Of a stretch of 64,000 nt of DNA, positions 1 through 12,340 are shown piece by piece; position 1 is the stretch's first letter, and the number at the start of each line of letters is the position of its first letter. Below the pieces are notes generated by a model. It ran no database searches and was not told the origin of the DNA. It saw only the letters and a list, made by a program, of their open reading frames with translations. The position numbers and the translations under genes were made by a program. The stretch comes from Octopus vulgaris. Taxonomy: Eukaryota. The stretch is from the NCBI GenBank assembly GCA_951406725.2, contig OX597814.1, forward strand, positions 46,314,001 through 46,378,000. The letters are read 5' to 3'.

Positions 1-1684
1 CCATACTTTTTTGTTACTTATTTACAGTATATAAGTAAAATTAGATGGTGTTTATTTTTACTTTGAATATTTCTTGGGGGTAAAAATCAAAAGTTGTTTT
101 ATACATAAATGATAAACTGTATCAAATGCATTGATAGGAATATTCTAATTCAATAACATATTTTTTCCTTCATTTTAAAATTACAAAACAATTTCTTTCA
201 CCTTTCATTGCTTAACTGTTACAAAAACATAAAAATGAATAAATAAAAGTTGGATGCTTTCAGCTTCTTTTGTTTTGAAAAATAGAATGGTGAATGCTTT
301 TGAATAACAGATTCTGATAAACCAAATCTGTGAACAAGTTATGATTTCCATTTGAAAACTTTTTATTTCATGTATACTTAGCAATAATCCTCAGGAGATA
401 AATCAGAAAATTAAGATGTCTTTTTTTCACTCCTCAAAATTTTGACATCATGTAAGAAATCATTATTTTATAAAATGGAAATAAAGAACTCTAAAAGTCC
501 CTGTTTTATATGTAGAGTTTTCTGCTAACATATATATTATGTAAGAGTAAGTAATCATAATTAACATTAACTAGCTGGAATTTTTAGTGTGGATGTGTAC
601 AATTTTTAGATATAGTACAAAATCATATTTTTAATATATTGTATTCATGAATCTTTGCTTTTAGAAGAAGTCTGAAAATGGAAAATAGGACACTGCATTC
701 AATGCCTAAAATAATGATGCTAATTACTTTTTTTCTCAAAACTATTATTGTCATTATTATAAGAAATAAGTTGTTCTTATTTGTGGATTGTAGTATCATT
801 ATTTTCGAAGATATTATTGGAAAATATATACTTTAGACACTAACATATTAATATCAAATTAGCTACTATAAACTCCTACTTCTTTGTTGGTATCCACGTT
901 TGTAAAATACAAAAAGCTTAGGAATTAACTTGGTCTTAGTTATGCAACTTGTCATAATTAATGATGACCAAAGGTTACCTAAGATAAATTGAGGTAAAAC
1001 TATTACTGAGTTTAGTAGGCAAGTAAGTCTCTAAACCACGACTGACATTATAATATATTTAGTTAAATCTGTCTAAAAAAGAAGAAAATTTATAAAAACA
1101 TTGCATAAACTCATAGTCCATCTTCCATCTACTTAAGTGGCATGCCCCAAGAGATAATCAGTGGGTTATAGTGTTGAGCAGACTAGATTATATTTACTAT
1201 TGTAAAAGAACCTGTAAGATAAGCTATCTAAAATCAACAAATAAAGGTATGTAGTCCTTTAGTTTAGAGGGAAGAAGCTTTATCCTTAACCTTTTCATCA
1301 TCTCTCCTTGACTGATATGTAAAGATAACTAGACAAGATTAATATTATTACAATATAGTTTAAACTTTTGCAGTTCAATACTTATATTTTGATTTTTTTT
1401 TTCCAACAGATCAGATTGTAGGAATATATTTTGTAATTTTTCAAAGTATTTGAAGAAAGACACCAACAAAGCCTGATTGTTTATATGAATTATATATTTA
1501 TATTCTTTCTTGGTTATATTTTCTATAGTCTATTTTTGTTTACTATCTTTTGTTACTATTGCTATTACTTTGAAAGTTTCAGTTGTTATGCATATTTCAT
1601 GATCACTATACAAGTGGATAACAATCCATATTCTTTTCACACTAATATTGTGTAAAAGTTCCTATATGTGAGCTAAAATATATA

Positions 1685-3228
1685 CCATAAAAACCCATGT
1701 AATTTGCACACCTGTGTAATTTATGCAGGTGATTTTCAGGATAAAAATTGTTAAAAAAAAGCTTCTACTCATGTAAAATTTGCGCCCAAAAGTTTTCAGA
1801 AGTGCCAGGGGGAAAATGTTTTCAATTTAATTGTATTTAGCATAATTTCACTTACTTATGATTAGATTTTATTAAATTTTCACTAAATAAAAATAATTTC
1901 TGTTTAACAAGTATCCCATTGAAAGCTATTAAATTACGAAGTGTCTGTGTTGTTTATAATAAACTTTATTTTGCATTTCTTGCCCACAAGAGATTATGTC
2001 TGATCTTTAGCATCTGTATGTCTTCTCAAATCACAATCACTGGAAAAGTTGTTGATAATTCGTATCAACAAAAACAAAGCTGATAAATACACACAAGTGT
2101 TGCAAAATAAGTTTAATTACCAATAAACACCAGCTTTGATGACACTTTACTCAACCAACAGAGGAAGATGACTGATCAAACTGATTATGTAAACAGAATT
2201 CTGATTGGTCATAAGTGTCTTCTTGTCTCAAGCTCTGATTTTCTGCCTATTGCTGTCAGAACCCTTTATACGGAGTATTGAAATTTTAATCCCTTTCACA
2301 CTTACAAAGTGTCAAGCAAACTTTAAAATTTGTCATTACCATTTTAGCTGGGAGACCAAACTGATAGTTTGGTAACCCACTAAAATGAATATTAAAAATC
2401 GAAAAGAGAAAATAAACAGCTTTGCAAGTTTAATTCAGTGTTTATTGAACAAGAGAGGTGCAAAATTTAAGAAGCAATTTGTTGGAATATACACGTCTGT
2501 GAGGAGACATAAACAAGAATAGCAAAAATCTACTATACCGAAAGAACTAGTTATACATATATTACAAGTCTTCTTATATAATTCAACATGAATGTGAAAC
2601 AACATTAAACATCATATAAGGTAAATGAAGGTTTCTGTAGGAATGCTAAGTCATATTCACTTAGTGAGTTTACATGTGCAAGGATGAATTATGATGTTGT
2701 CATTGGCATTAGATGCAGTAAGAGCTGGTAGTGGCGATGCTGGCAGTGATGAATTTCATTGTCCAAGCATGGAGAAAGCAAGCAATAGCTTCCTGGAGGC
2801 AAACACAAGCTAGACTTGTTAAGCAGAGAAAAACTGATTGTTTAAGGACATTGCTGGGCTCTATTGCAATAGGTAGAAACTCCAAGCAATATAACATATG
2901 GCCCAGATCATAATTACCAGCATGAATGTCAAATTTCAAAAAGTATTTGACCATTTAATGGTTTTAGTAAATTTATACAGAAAATGTAAGCATTATACTA
3001 TCCAGCATAAATGAAAGTCAATTTCATAATATTTTTTCTGTAAAAACATATTCTGATATTAAATGAGTCAACTTCCAGTACGATTGTTTACATTTGTATG
3101 CCATTTTTCAACAAAAAAAAAATTCTAAGAAAATTCTGGAAATGATCTACTCATGTAGTTTACACACCCACAAAAGTTTATTTTTGTTTTTGCGGAAAAA
3201 AGTGCATAAATTATATGGGTTTTTACAG
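1685..3228. mobile_element. Non-autonomous Tc1/mariner-superfamily element (Tc2/pogo-type, CCGTA-like ends), about 1.54 kb
   Basis: Left TA|CCATAAAAACCCATGTAATTTGCACAC and right GTGCATAAATTATATGGGTTTTTACAG|TA are imperfect inverted repeats of about 27 bp with a TA duplication. The end mismatches fit CpG decay of CCGTA...TACGG. Confidence 0.8.
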
Positions 3229-4191
3229 TAGATTTTTAAAAATTAGAATTATTATCATTATTATTTTTGAAATTTCCTAATATTCTTTAAATGGCAGTTT
3301 AAACTATCATCACTTGTCATTGATCTATTTAAGAAATGAAACCACATTGCACTAAGTATGTGTTTAAGTGTTTAGATAGTTACTTTTTTAGAGATTAAAA
3401 AATTTTTTTTTCAAATTATGTATTTTTGTGTAGTTGTTTTTGTATAGAATTAGTGTGAATAGCATATCAAATGTTACCATATTATACATAAAATTATCAT
3501 TACTTAGTCCTTTAATAAATCTTAAAATATTAATTTTCATAATTTAAATTAGTTCTGTTGAGATTTTATTTTTTAATATTTTTTGTTCTGTAAGTATTCA
3601 AAATAAACTATTTTAGCTTTAGTTTTTAAGTTGTGTACAATATATAATTATTTTATGTTGATTGGTTTGTATTTATATTTTTATTTTTGTTGACTATTTG
3701 AAGCAAAAGTTAAATGTTTAATATCTTTTTATTCATGCTAAATTCGTTTAAAAAATGGGGTGAACAACTTTCTGTTTTGTATTTCAATTTTAATTACGGC
3801 TTTAACAAATTATGTATCATCTGCGAAGTTTTTAGAAATTCACAAATCCAGTGTTTACAAACATCTAATTTTAACATAATTTTTTAAGTTTAGTTTTACC
3901 AGTTGCTGAAGTGAGCAGAGGTTAAAACAAACACACCTCTTCCTCAATTAATACTATAAACTAGTTAAGTGTGCTTTCAAATGAACTAAATTAAACGAAT
4001 TTCTCAAGGTGTTTACCATTCAAGGAATCTACTATTACTAATATATAAGAAAATTTATTTCAAGACTTTCCCAACAGAATGAAACTTGATTATAAAATAA
4101 TGCTTAGATTCAGTTTACAATACAATTCATTTCAGTACAACAGTCCCATTTATAAAGTGGAGAATAAAGGTTGGAGCTTATTTATAGATAA

Positions 4192-6366
4192 CTAGCAGAA
4201 TTGCCCGGCGATGCTCGGGGCTGATTTGCTTGAAAGTACTGTTAATGATTGCACTGAATTATGATGATTATTCGGGCAAATATTGATATAAGTTTACGGT
4301 GGGAGATAAGGACTTAACGATCAAATGTGTGCCATTGCATTGTTTTGGGGGAACCAAATTTCTAATGAGCATTATAGGGGCACCAACTTTAAGTTTGAGA
4401 ATGTGTGGTGGTAGTCCGGGGGGGTGAAAGGAATTGAGTACCTCTACTGGATAGTTGATGACGTCCTCTGGGTCAGGAGTTGTATCGATAGACTTATATA
4501 CATAGACATCCCCAGGAATGAGTTTTAGCATTTCATCATTAATATGGTGAACAGTTTTATTCCTCGGGGCCAGAATAGCCCTTTGGCCAATCCAATCCAT
4601 ATTCTGATAATTAGCTTGTAGATCTGGGAACACTGCATCTCTGAGATCAGAAGGCGTTTTAACAATGGTACAAATGGAATCGATGGCAATATTACCATTT
4701 TCATCCCCTGGTATTTTGCCTTTGCCAAGTGCAAGGAGGGTGTGAGAAAATGCTGCTGATGTGATATTACGTCGCATATGAGCACGCATATTGGTGTGAA
4801 GTTTGAGAGTCTTCACCAGTGGCCACAATGTGGATGACTTAAGACACGCACTTACTGCATCAGCTCTAGTCCCTTTGGGAATAACAGGAAGTGTTTGTCG
4901 GAAGGCCCCTGAAAGAAGAAGTGTTATGCCTGACATGGGAGCTGAAGAGTGTTTGATGTCTCTGAGAGATCTATCTAGTGCCTCAAGAGCACCTCTGTGG
5001 GCCATCGTGCATTCATCCCAAACAATAAGCTTGCATCATCTGAAGACTTCTGCCTGATCGGAGCTGTTACTGATGTTGCAAGTTGGTGTCTCAGTCTTCG
5101 CTAAGTCAAGCGGAAGCTTGAAAGTGGAGTGAGCTGTCCTGCCACCTGGCAACAAAGTAGCCGCAATTCCAGATGCCTTGTGTTCGCCTAATCTCAGCCA
5201 ATATTAATTTGTTGACAAAAGTTTTCCCAGTGCCCCCAGGAGCGTCCAGGAAAAAAATTCCCCCAGCTTTGGCCCGGACTGAATTAACAACGGAGTTATA
5301 AGCAAACTTCTGTTCTGGAAGGAGCTTTGGCTCATTGTTGGCTATGTACTCGGCAAGCTCGTCAACATTAAAACATGTCTCACGCAGCAAATGTGAAGAC
5401 AGAGTGTTTGTGCCTTCCCGGTTTGTTGAAGGTAGGCCATAGACCGGCAAGGCACTACCGCCCATATCAAGTACGGTATCTTCGAACGTAGTTTGTTACC
5501 ACACAGCCACACCAGCCCCTATGTATGAGTGTGTGTGCGTGTGTGTGTGTGTATGGGTAACAATACTCAAAATATATAACAGACTGGAATTGTAGGCCCA
5601 TCTCTTGCAATTTCGATCAATTGGATCTTGTCCTCCTTCTTGTATGGAAGTGTACGGCTGCAGCAAAATTCATTTTTGGAGTTTCTTCTATCGAAGGCAT
5701 TTTAACAAAAATGCTTCCGTAAAGACGGTGAAAATATTGTCAATTTCCCCAAACAAGGACACAATTCAATTTTGAAACAATAACGAAAGCTCCTTCTCCA
5801 AAAGAGGGAGGGTTATTGTTTACAATTATTTAACAAATGCAACACAACAACGTTTCCCTGACGAGAATCCAACAAACGTGATTACAATAGTCAAACTAAT
5901 AATAATAACAAACCTTTTTAATTTATCCCCATTTATGTGAAACCACTTGTTCAAGTCATTGATGCAATTTTATACGAATTGCTAATACACACACACACAT
6001 AATAAGGGTGAAAAATTGAATATTAATTTGATTAATATGAATTGAAAACCAGTGGTGTAGCATATAAGACCATAGCGGATCTTCCTCTAGCAAAAAGGAT
6101 GACCAGTATTAATGGCTCATCCCTGTTATATAAATACTTTCACTTTAATTGTTGCACACTTGCAAAGAGAAAGGAGGAGAAAGTGTAGTGGTAATGGAAG
6201 GAGTGAAGCACTTGAAATGAGAGAGGGAAATCGTAAAATATTGAGTTTTCTTGAATTTTTGCGTAATTGGGGGTCAAATTGAAAAAACTTTACATGCCAT
6301 GACCCAATCGAATCTACTTGGAAAAATCATAGGTAAATTCCAATTGAAGAAATTCTATATTGTAGA
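4192..6366 (-). mobile_element. Internally deleted Helitron, about 2.2 kb
   Basis: On the minus strand the 3' end is a GC-rich hairpin (plus 4204-4219 CCCGGCGATGCTCGGG) followed by CTAG|T at 4192. The probable 5' end TCTACAATATAG is at 6366 (less certain). It carries a Pif1-like helicase fragment. Confidence 0.85.
4268..5465 (-). pseudogene. Helitron Rep/Hel Pif1-family (SF1) helicase fragment, disrupted
   Basis: Walker A FFLDAPGGTGKT, then a frameshift into SGIAATLLPGGRTAHSTFKLP, an in-frame TGA before CKLIVWDE (Walker B), then LLLSGAFRQTLPV, LHTNMR, RAILAPRN and PPHILKLKVGAPIMLIRNL...CNGT. Confidence 0.92.
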
Positions 6367-6603
6367 ATTGTATTAAAAAGAAACATGGGAACAGGCAGAG
6401 AAAATTTGCCTTTTATCACAAGAGATATTTTTATATCATGAAAAACTGCAATAAACAGAATTGTAATTTTTTTATGATAAGTGTACAAATGTCTAGTCGA
6501 ACTTGTAACTTTTACCAAAAAAGCATCTATTAACAAAAGTAAATCTAATGGAATGTAAATAAAATATTCACCACATCCAAAAATCTAAACATTTCCCTGC
6601 AAA

Positions 6604-7196
6604 GGCTCAGATGTGGCTGTATGGTTAAGAAATTAATTTTGCCACCACATAGTTTCAGATTCAATTCTACTTCACAACGCTTTGAGCAAGTGTCTTCTGT
6701 TATGGCCTCAAGTTGACCAATATCTTGTGGGTAGAATATAATAGAAGGAAACTGTGAATAACTGTTTATATTGAATATTGCACATGGCGGAGATGTAAAT
6801 GGACCCCTCCCCACCTTTAGAATTTTTTTTTTTTTTACAGAATCACTTTGGAGATTCCAATTCTGAAAAAAAATTTTCAAAAATCACAACTTAAAAAATT
6901 CTTTTCAGAATCATAATCTCCATATTTTTCTACATATTTCACAAAAAAATTTCCATAAAAAGTGAAAAGTGAAGAAATGGGGGTATTTGTGGGGATTGAA
7001 ATTTTGAAGTTGCGATTTTTGGAAATTTTTTTTCAGAATCAGAATCGCCATAGCCGAAAACATGGAATTCCATAAAAAATTTTTTTTAAGCGGGAAAGGG
7101 TCTGTTTATGTCTCCACCATGTGCACCATCAGCTTAATCCCTTAAATGTGGTGCCCCAGCATAGCCACACTCCAACAAGTGAAACCAGTAAAATAG
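6604..7196 (+). mobile_element. tRNA-derived SINE, degenerate and interrupted by a MITE
   Basis: Head GGCTCAGATGTGGCTGTATGGTTAAGAA...GAGCAAGTGTCTTCTGTTATGGCCTC resembles the copy at 58559. Tail GGTGCCCCAGCATAGCCACA...GAAACCAGTAAAA at about 7150-7196 resembles the tail at 60925-60970. Confidence 0.7.
6779..7125. mobile_element. MITE with TIRs of about 38 bp and internal inverted repeats
   Basis: Left TGCACATGGCGGAGATGTAAATGGACCCCTCCCCACCTT versus the reverse complement of the right end, TGCACATGGTGGAGACATAAACAGACCCTTTCCCGCTT. A second inverted pair lies at about 6862-6900 and 7000-7038. Confidence 0.8.
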
Positions 7197-7662
7197 CAAT
7201 AATCATTATAATATGCTATTCTGAAAATTATAACTATTTATGAATATACTTTATATATATATTGTTTCTTCGAATATGATAAAAGATCTGAGTTTGGAGA
7301 TTTTAAAAATTGTTATAAATTAATTCATTCATTTATGTAAATATCAGTTTCTGTCTTTCTCTTACTTCATTTCTTTATCCCTCTCTCTCAAACACAGATA
7401 CAAACACACACATATAGGCCCACTTTCTTATACATAAACTTAAGACATGTTTGTATCATTTTAGGTCTGATCTGTTTTATGTGCCAAAATGTAAAATTTT
7501 ATTAAAGTTTAGATCCCTTTTACTATCTAATAGAATTAATGCTCAAGTGCATAGGTAGTAGTAACGATAATATCTTTTTTAGTCACCTACCAGTCTGTAG
7601 TATAGAAGTCTAAGAAAACTAAATGTGGTACTTTTAATTTTACTAAGAATACAAAATAATTA

Positions 7663-7982
7663 TTATTCATAAAGAATAAAGTGTTCCGAATGGTACAACA
7701 ATGCACTATAATGCAAACAGTGGGCTATATATCTGTTGTAATTTAACCACCCATAGTCTGATAATATTTCAGAATAAAATTCCTTCCTCAGATATCCCTA
7801 GCAATTGATGGGCTCGCTGCTATAATCAGTTTTGACTCCATCAATTCCAATATCTGAGGAAGGAATTTTATTCTGAGATATTATCAGATTATGAATGGTT
7901 AAATTACAACAGGTATATAGCCCATTGTTTGTATTATAGTGCATTGCTGTACCATTCAAAACATTTTATTCTTTACAAACAA
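7663..7982. mobile_element. Foldback MITE with inverted arms of about 130 bp
   Basis: 7670-7795 (TAAAGAATAAAGTGTTCCGAATGGTACAACAATGCAC...TTCCTTCCTCAGATAT) is the reverse complement, with scattered transitions, of about 7850-7975. There is also an inner AATTGATGG/CCATCAATT pair. Confidence 0.88.
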
Positions 7983-10199
7983 TGCACAATGCTTCAAGCA
8001 AACTACAATACTCTCTTATTATTCATATTTTTATAGTAATTATAAAAATACAAATTATGAAAAAAGATAATAATTTTGTTAATTCAGTCCCTCTTTGCAT
8101 ACTATAAATGTCTAGATTATACTACATACTGTCAATATCTAGATTGGCTTGAAGCTTTACTGGCTTCCACTGAAAGTTAGAGTTTTATAATATTTCTCTT
8201 AAGTGCTGGTATTTGGTCTTTAGCAGAAAAAAAAAGTAAATCTACTCTTGGATAGGACACCAATTTACCTTTACTAACATTTCCAGTTGATATGGTACTA
8301 TTTACTGATAGTTATGTGAACTGAGGTATATATTGTGTCCAAGTACACAATGAAATACAATGGATTTCTGTTGAAGTACATACTGACTATTTTTATTCTA
8401 AAGGAATGGAGAAGTTGTTGTTATCCTTCAGACAATTTCTACTGAGTTTAAGAGTGTATGTGTTTTATATTTGTTATACATAATAGTGGAACTGTGAATG
8501 CAACCGACATCCGGAAATGTTTTTGTCTTTTAAATAAGATCCCTATAGTGTCCCATTAAATTTGCTCTCGGCCCGTTTGGTGTATTCATTACTAAAAGTT
8601 TATATATATATATATATATATATATACTAGTAGAATTGAAGCAGCAGCCTAATCATGAAAACACAAAAGATCACTGACGCTAGCTAAATAAGATTATAAA
8701 TATAAATTGCATGTAAAATAAAGCTGCCAAACTTTTGTTTTTAAAACTAAATTTTTTATAAAATTTTTCAGATAAATATCATTGCATTCAAAAGTTGAGT
8801 ACACATGCACCACTACATTATGTTGTCTATTGAATAATATATATCATGTGCAACATTTGGATAACACTCTAAAACCAATATGTTTTCCTCCTCTCCATTT
8901 AAATTTACTAATAAAATCTTAGTTTTATTCATTAAGTTTTTTAAGAAAAAGAAGGAAAAATGTTTTTCACAATTTTATAATGTCTTCTTCCTTAAAGTTT
9001 AAAATTTAAGATAAAAGTAAATTGAATTAATTCTTAATGCACTTCATTTGTTATTCAGTTTATTGTAAGCTAAAGTATATGATTTGTTAATACGGTGTAA
9101 ATACAAAACAAATCTCAGTCTAATTTAAACAATATGACACCTCTATAGGTATCAGAAGGGCTTACTACTTTGCTCATTTTGCTTATATCTATTTTTAAAT
9201 GTAGTTAGCTCCAGTTCACTGCTTTTTGTCATCTTTTTATGATGAAATTTATGCATGTTAGATATATATATTTAGCTTGCTAATTATGCATGACTAAGTG
9301 CATGTGATGTATATATTCATACATTTTAAAATTTAACACTATATTTTCTAATTTCATTTTTTTTTTTATTTTGTTCTTTATATCAAATGCTTCAGAATAT
9401 AAAGATATTAGGAATAAATTTTCTTTCAAGTTGTAATATTTTCATAAATATCGCTTGAAGTAAAATTTAGAGACAAAGAGGGAAAGAAGGAATTTATAAA
9501 ATGATTTATATATTATATTTCATTAGTTATTTGATCTTCTAAAACAATGCCAGCATCATTGTCTTAACATTAAAGATTGAGCACAAAGACAATATGTTGT
9601 ACTTCTCATTTAATTCAACATTTTTCTGAATGCTCTTTACATATTCTTTTTAATCGACTTACAAGCCAATAAAGACTTCAAAGCCTTTTCTTTACATAAT
9701 TTTTCTTACACACAAAATATTAGTCTTCTACTTCATATACTAGGTGGCTATTGTATTTTTTTTTAGTCCAAGAGTTCAATCAAATAGTGTTAAAAGATTG
9801 TGAAAATTTTTCCCTTGCATTTGATTTTTAATTTTTTGAATATATTCATTTTTGAATATATTCATTTTTGGGGGAACATCTAATTTCGCATAAAGAGAAA
9901 TTAAGTTGTATAAATAATTTTGGATTTCAGTATTTTGAAATGTTACAGAAGTCACTTATCCCCATGTTCTAGGTAATATTCAATCATTCTTTGATAATTT
10001 ATATGCAGTAACAATTCAAACATGAGTATGCGTGGATTCTAAATTATAGCTCTTTAACATCATTACATCATTCAACACTGAAAAAGTTATTATCTTCAAT
10101 AAATTTTTTTGTTATGTTATATTTTAAGAAAGTATTTTTTGTGAAATTATTTGTACCATTTTATAGAATTGTAGGAAATTCAGTAAATAAATTAAGAAA

Positions 10200-12340
10200 T
10201 ATACTGGACCACATAGCAACCACTATGACATAAAGCACATTTATCCATGATACTAATTTCTGTCCAGATTACAATCTATACTTCAACTTTGATCCAAAAG
10301 CAGATGTCACTGCATAGGTAGAATTCATTCTCCCTACCCTCACTTCTCTTGTTGAATCACAGCAACAGTGATTTCCAGTCTTTTTTCCCTTGTTTCCTTA
10401 ATTCATTGCTATCTTTTCCCAAACATTTTCAATCACTATCAACTACTTGACCATTTCACATCTTGTACTGAAGACAACTATCTCACTTCATCACTAACTA
10501 AAGTCATTTCAGAGACTTCAGTGGCATGCATAACTTCTGTTTCTTGCACTCCTTTACACTACCTAATCATCTGTTCTTTCAACTGCCTGCCTCTGTAAGC
10601 ATCTTAACTATCTATTCACGTCCCTGTCAGAATGATACCTTTGATTTGTTTCTCACCTTTAAACATAATCTTTGCCAAAACATCACTGTCTCTGAACTCT
10701 TTGGATCATCCTATCACTGCCTAATCAAGGTAACCTCTTACAGCACACCACTCATGCTTCTGATACTTCAAGTCAACTAACTGGTCAGAATCCAACTAGT
10801 TCTATATCAAGTGCCCATGGCAGCTTGTATGTTTTATTTCCACTCCCTCTGAGAAAAAGTGATTGACAGAAACCTTCCTCCTAAACATGTTCCTTCCATC
10901 CTTCACAAAACCAAATAAGACACTATACCATGCCAAAGTCTTCAAATGAGTACCACTGTATCCTGCTGTTGGCAACCAATTGCTCTTACATCCAATGTCT
11001 CAAAAGTGAATGAAGCTGTTGTTAACACACCCCTTCATCAGCTCTTTCCCTCTCTTCTCAGTGACTATAGTTTCTTTAGAGCCAGATTTACTAAGGACTT
11101 CCTCTTGAATATAACTTAACAATTTTGTAGCACTTGTCATCTGTAAAATATTTGACTGTATCTGACATGAGAAACTCCTAGCTAAGTACCCTATCCCTAA
11201 GTTGCTGTCTATATCTATTGCATTTCTTGGATTAAATGTTTCTTGTCAGACTTAACCATTATAACTTGTGCTACTGCAGGCCTATCTGACCCCCCTATTT
11301 TATCCTCTCTGTTGTACCCAAAAATTTGGTTATCTTCCTTCTGTCATTAAGGACTTGCTGTCAACACATTTCTGTACAAATGATACCATCGTTCACTCTT
11401 CCTTAATCTTCTGCATGTTGGCATCACGCTTGAAATCACCTTTTAATCAAGCCATCATAACCTAGTCTGTTTCAACAGCTTAAATAACAGTCACTGTACA
11501 ATGAAGAAAATAATAGGCATTAACTTCATTGTCTCTATGTGTGAATGACATATGACTAAAACTTCCAAAGACAATATAAATGTTATATGTCTCACAATCT
11601 CTGATTATGTTGCATAGCAGTTACACATACATAATTCTGCCAAAACTGCATCATAAAGACTTCAATTCCTGTTTAAAGTTCTGAAAATACTTAAACCATG
11701 ATCAGTTGCTAACACTCCAGAAAGTTCAAGTGAAATGACAATTGAGTTATCAACATCTTCAACAGCATTTTACTTGCATTTTTTCATGCTGACATAGATT
11801 GGGCAGCTTATGTGAGGCAGTGTTTTTTGGCCAGATGCCTTTCTACTTGCCAGTCCTTTTAGTTACCTCTTATGACATGTAAGGGTTTGGTGCATATCTT
11901 TTAAAACTATGATATACACGTATTACTCATATATATATATATATGTAGAATGGTGCCGCTGCCTCCCCCTCACACACACATACATACACACTCATACACA
12001 CACACACACATACACACACACACTCACATGCACATACACAAGAAGGCTGTTTGACTGATTGTCAAAGATTCACTTGCTAAAATGTTTCATCTCTAGATCT
12101 CTTCCATCACTACTATAATAATTTTTGCCCTATTCTGAACTAGCTAGCTGCACACTCTTCGGCACCCCCATCCACCAGACCACTGTCTCTCCTCCCATTC
12201 GTGCTCGTTTTTACTTACCAAAAATTATACCACTCTGGAATACTCTCACCACCCCACTTTTCCTTCAGACATTAACCTACAGATTCTCAAGCAGAATATT
12301 AATAACTTCAGTCACACCAGTTTTGGAGACCTGAAAAAGG
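10200..12340 (+). mobile_element. Highly degenerate CR1/Jockey-like LINE relic, interrupted
   Basis: C-rich strand bias and the remnant RT motif QPIALTSNVSKV at about 10975-11010. A 3' remnant ARFYLPKIIPLWNTL lies at about 12200-12250. Boundaries are approximate. Confidence 0.55.

Noticed and set aside
4525-5057. ORFs overlapping the Helitron helicase in other frames or on the other strand
   Set aside because: Shadow frames of GC-richer TE coding sequence with no recognisable motifs.
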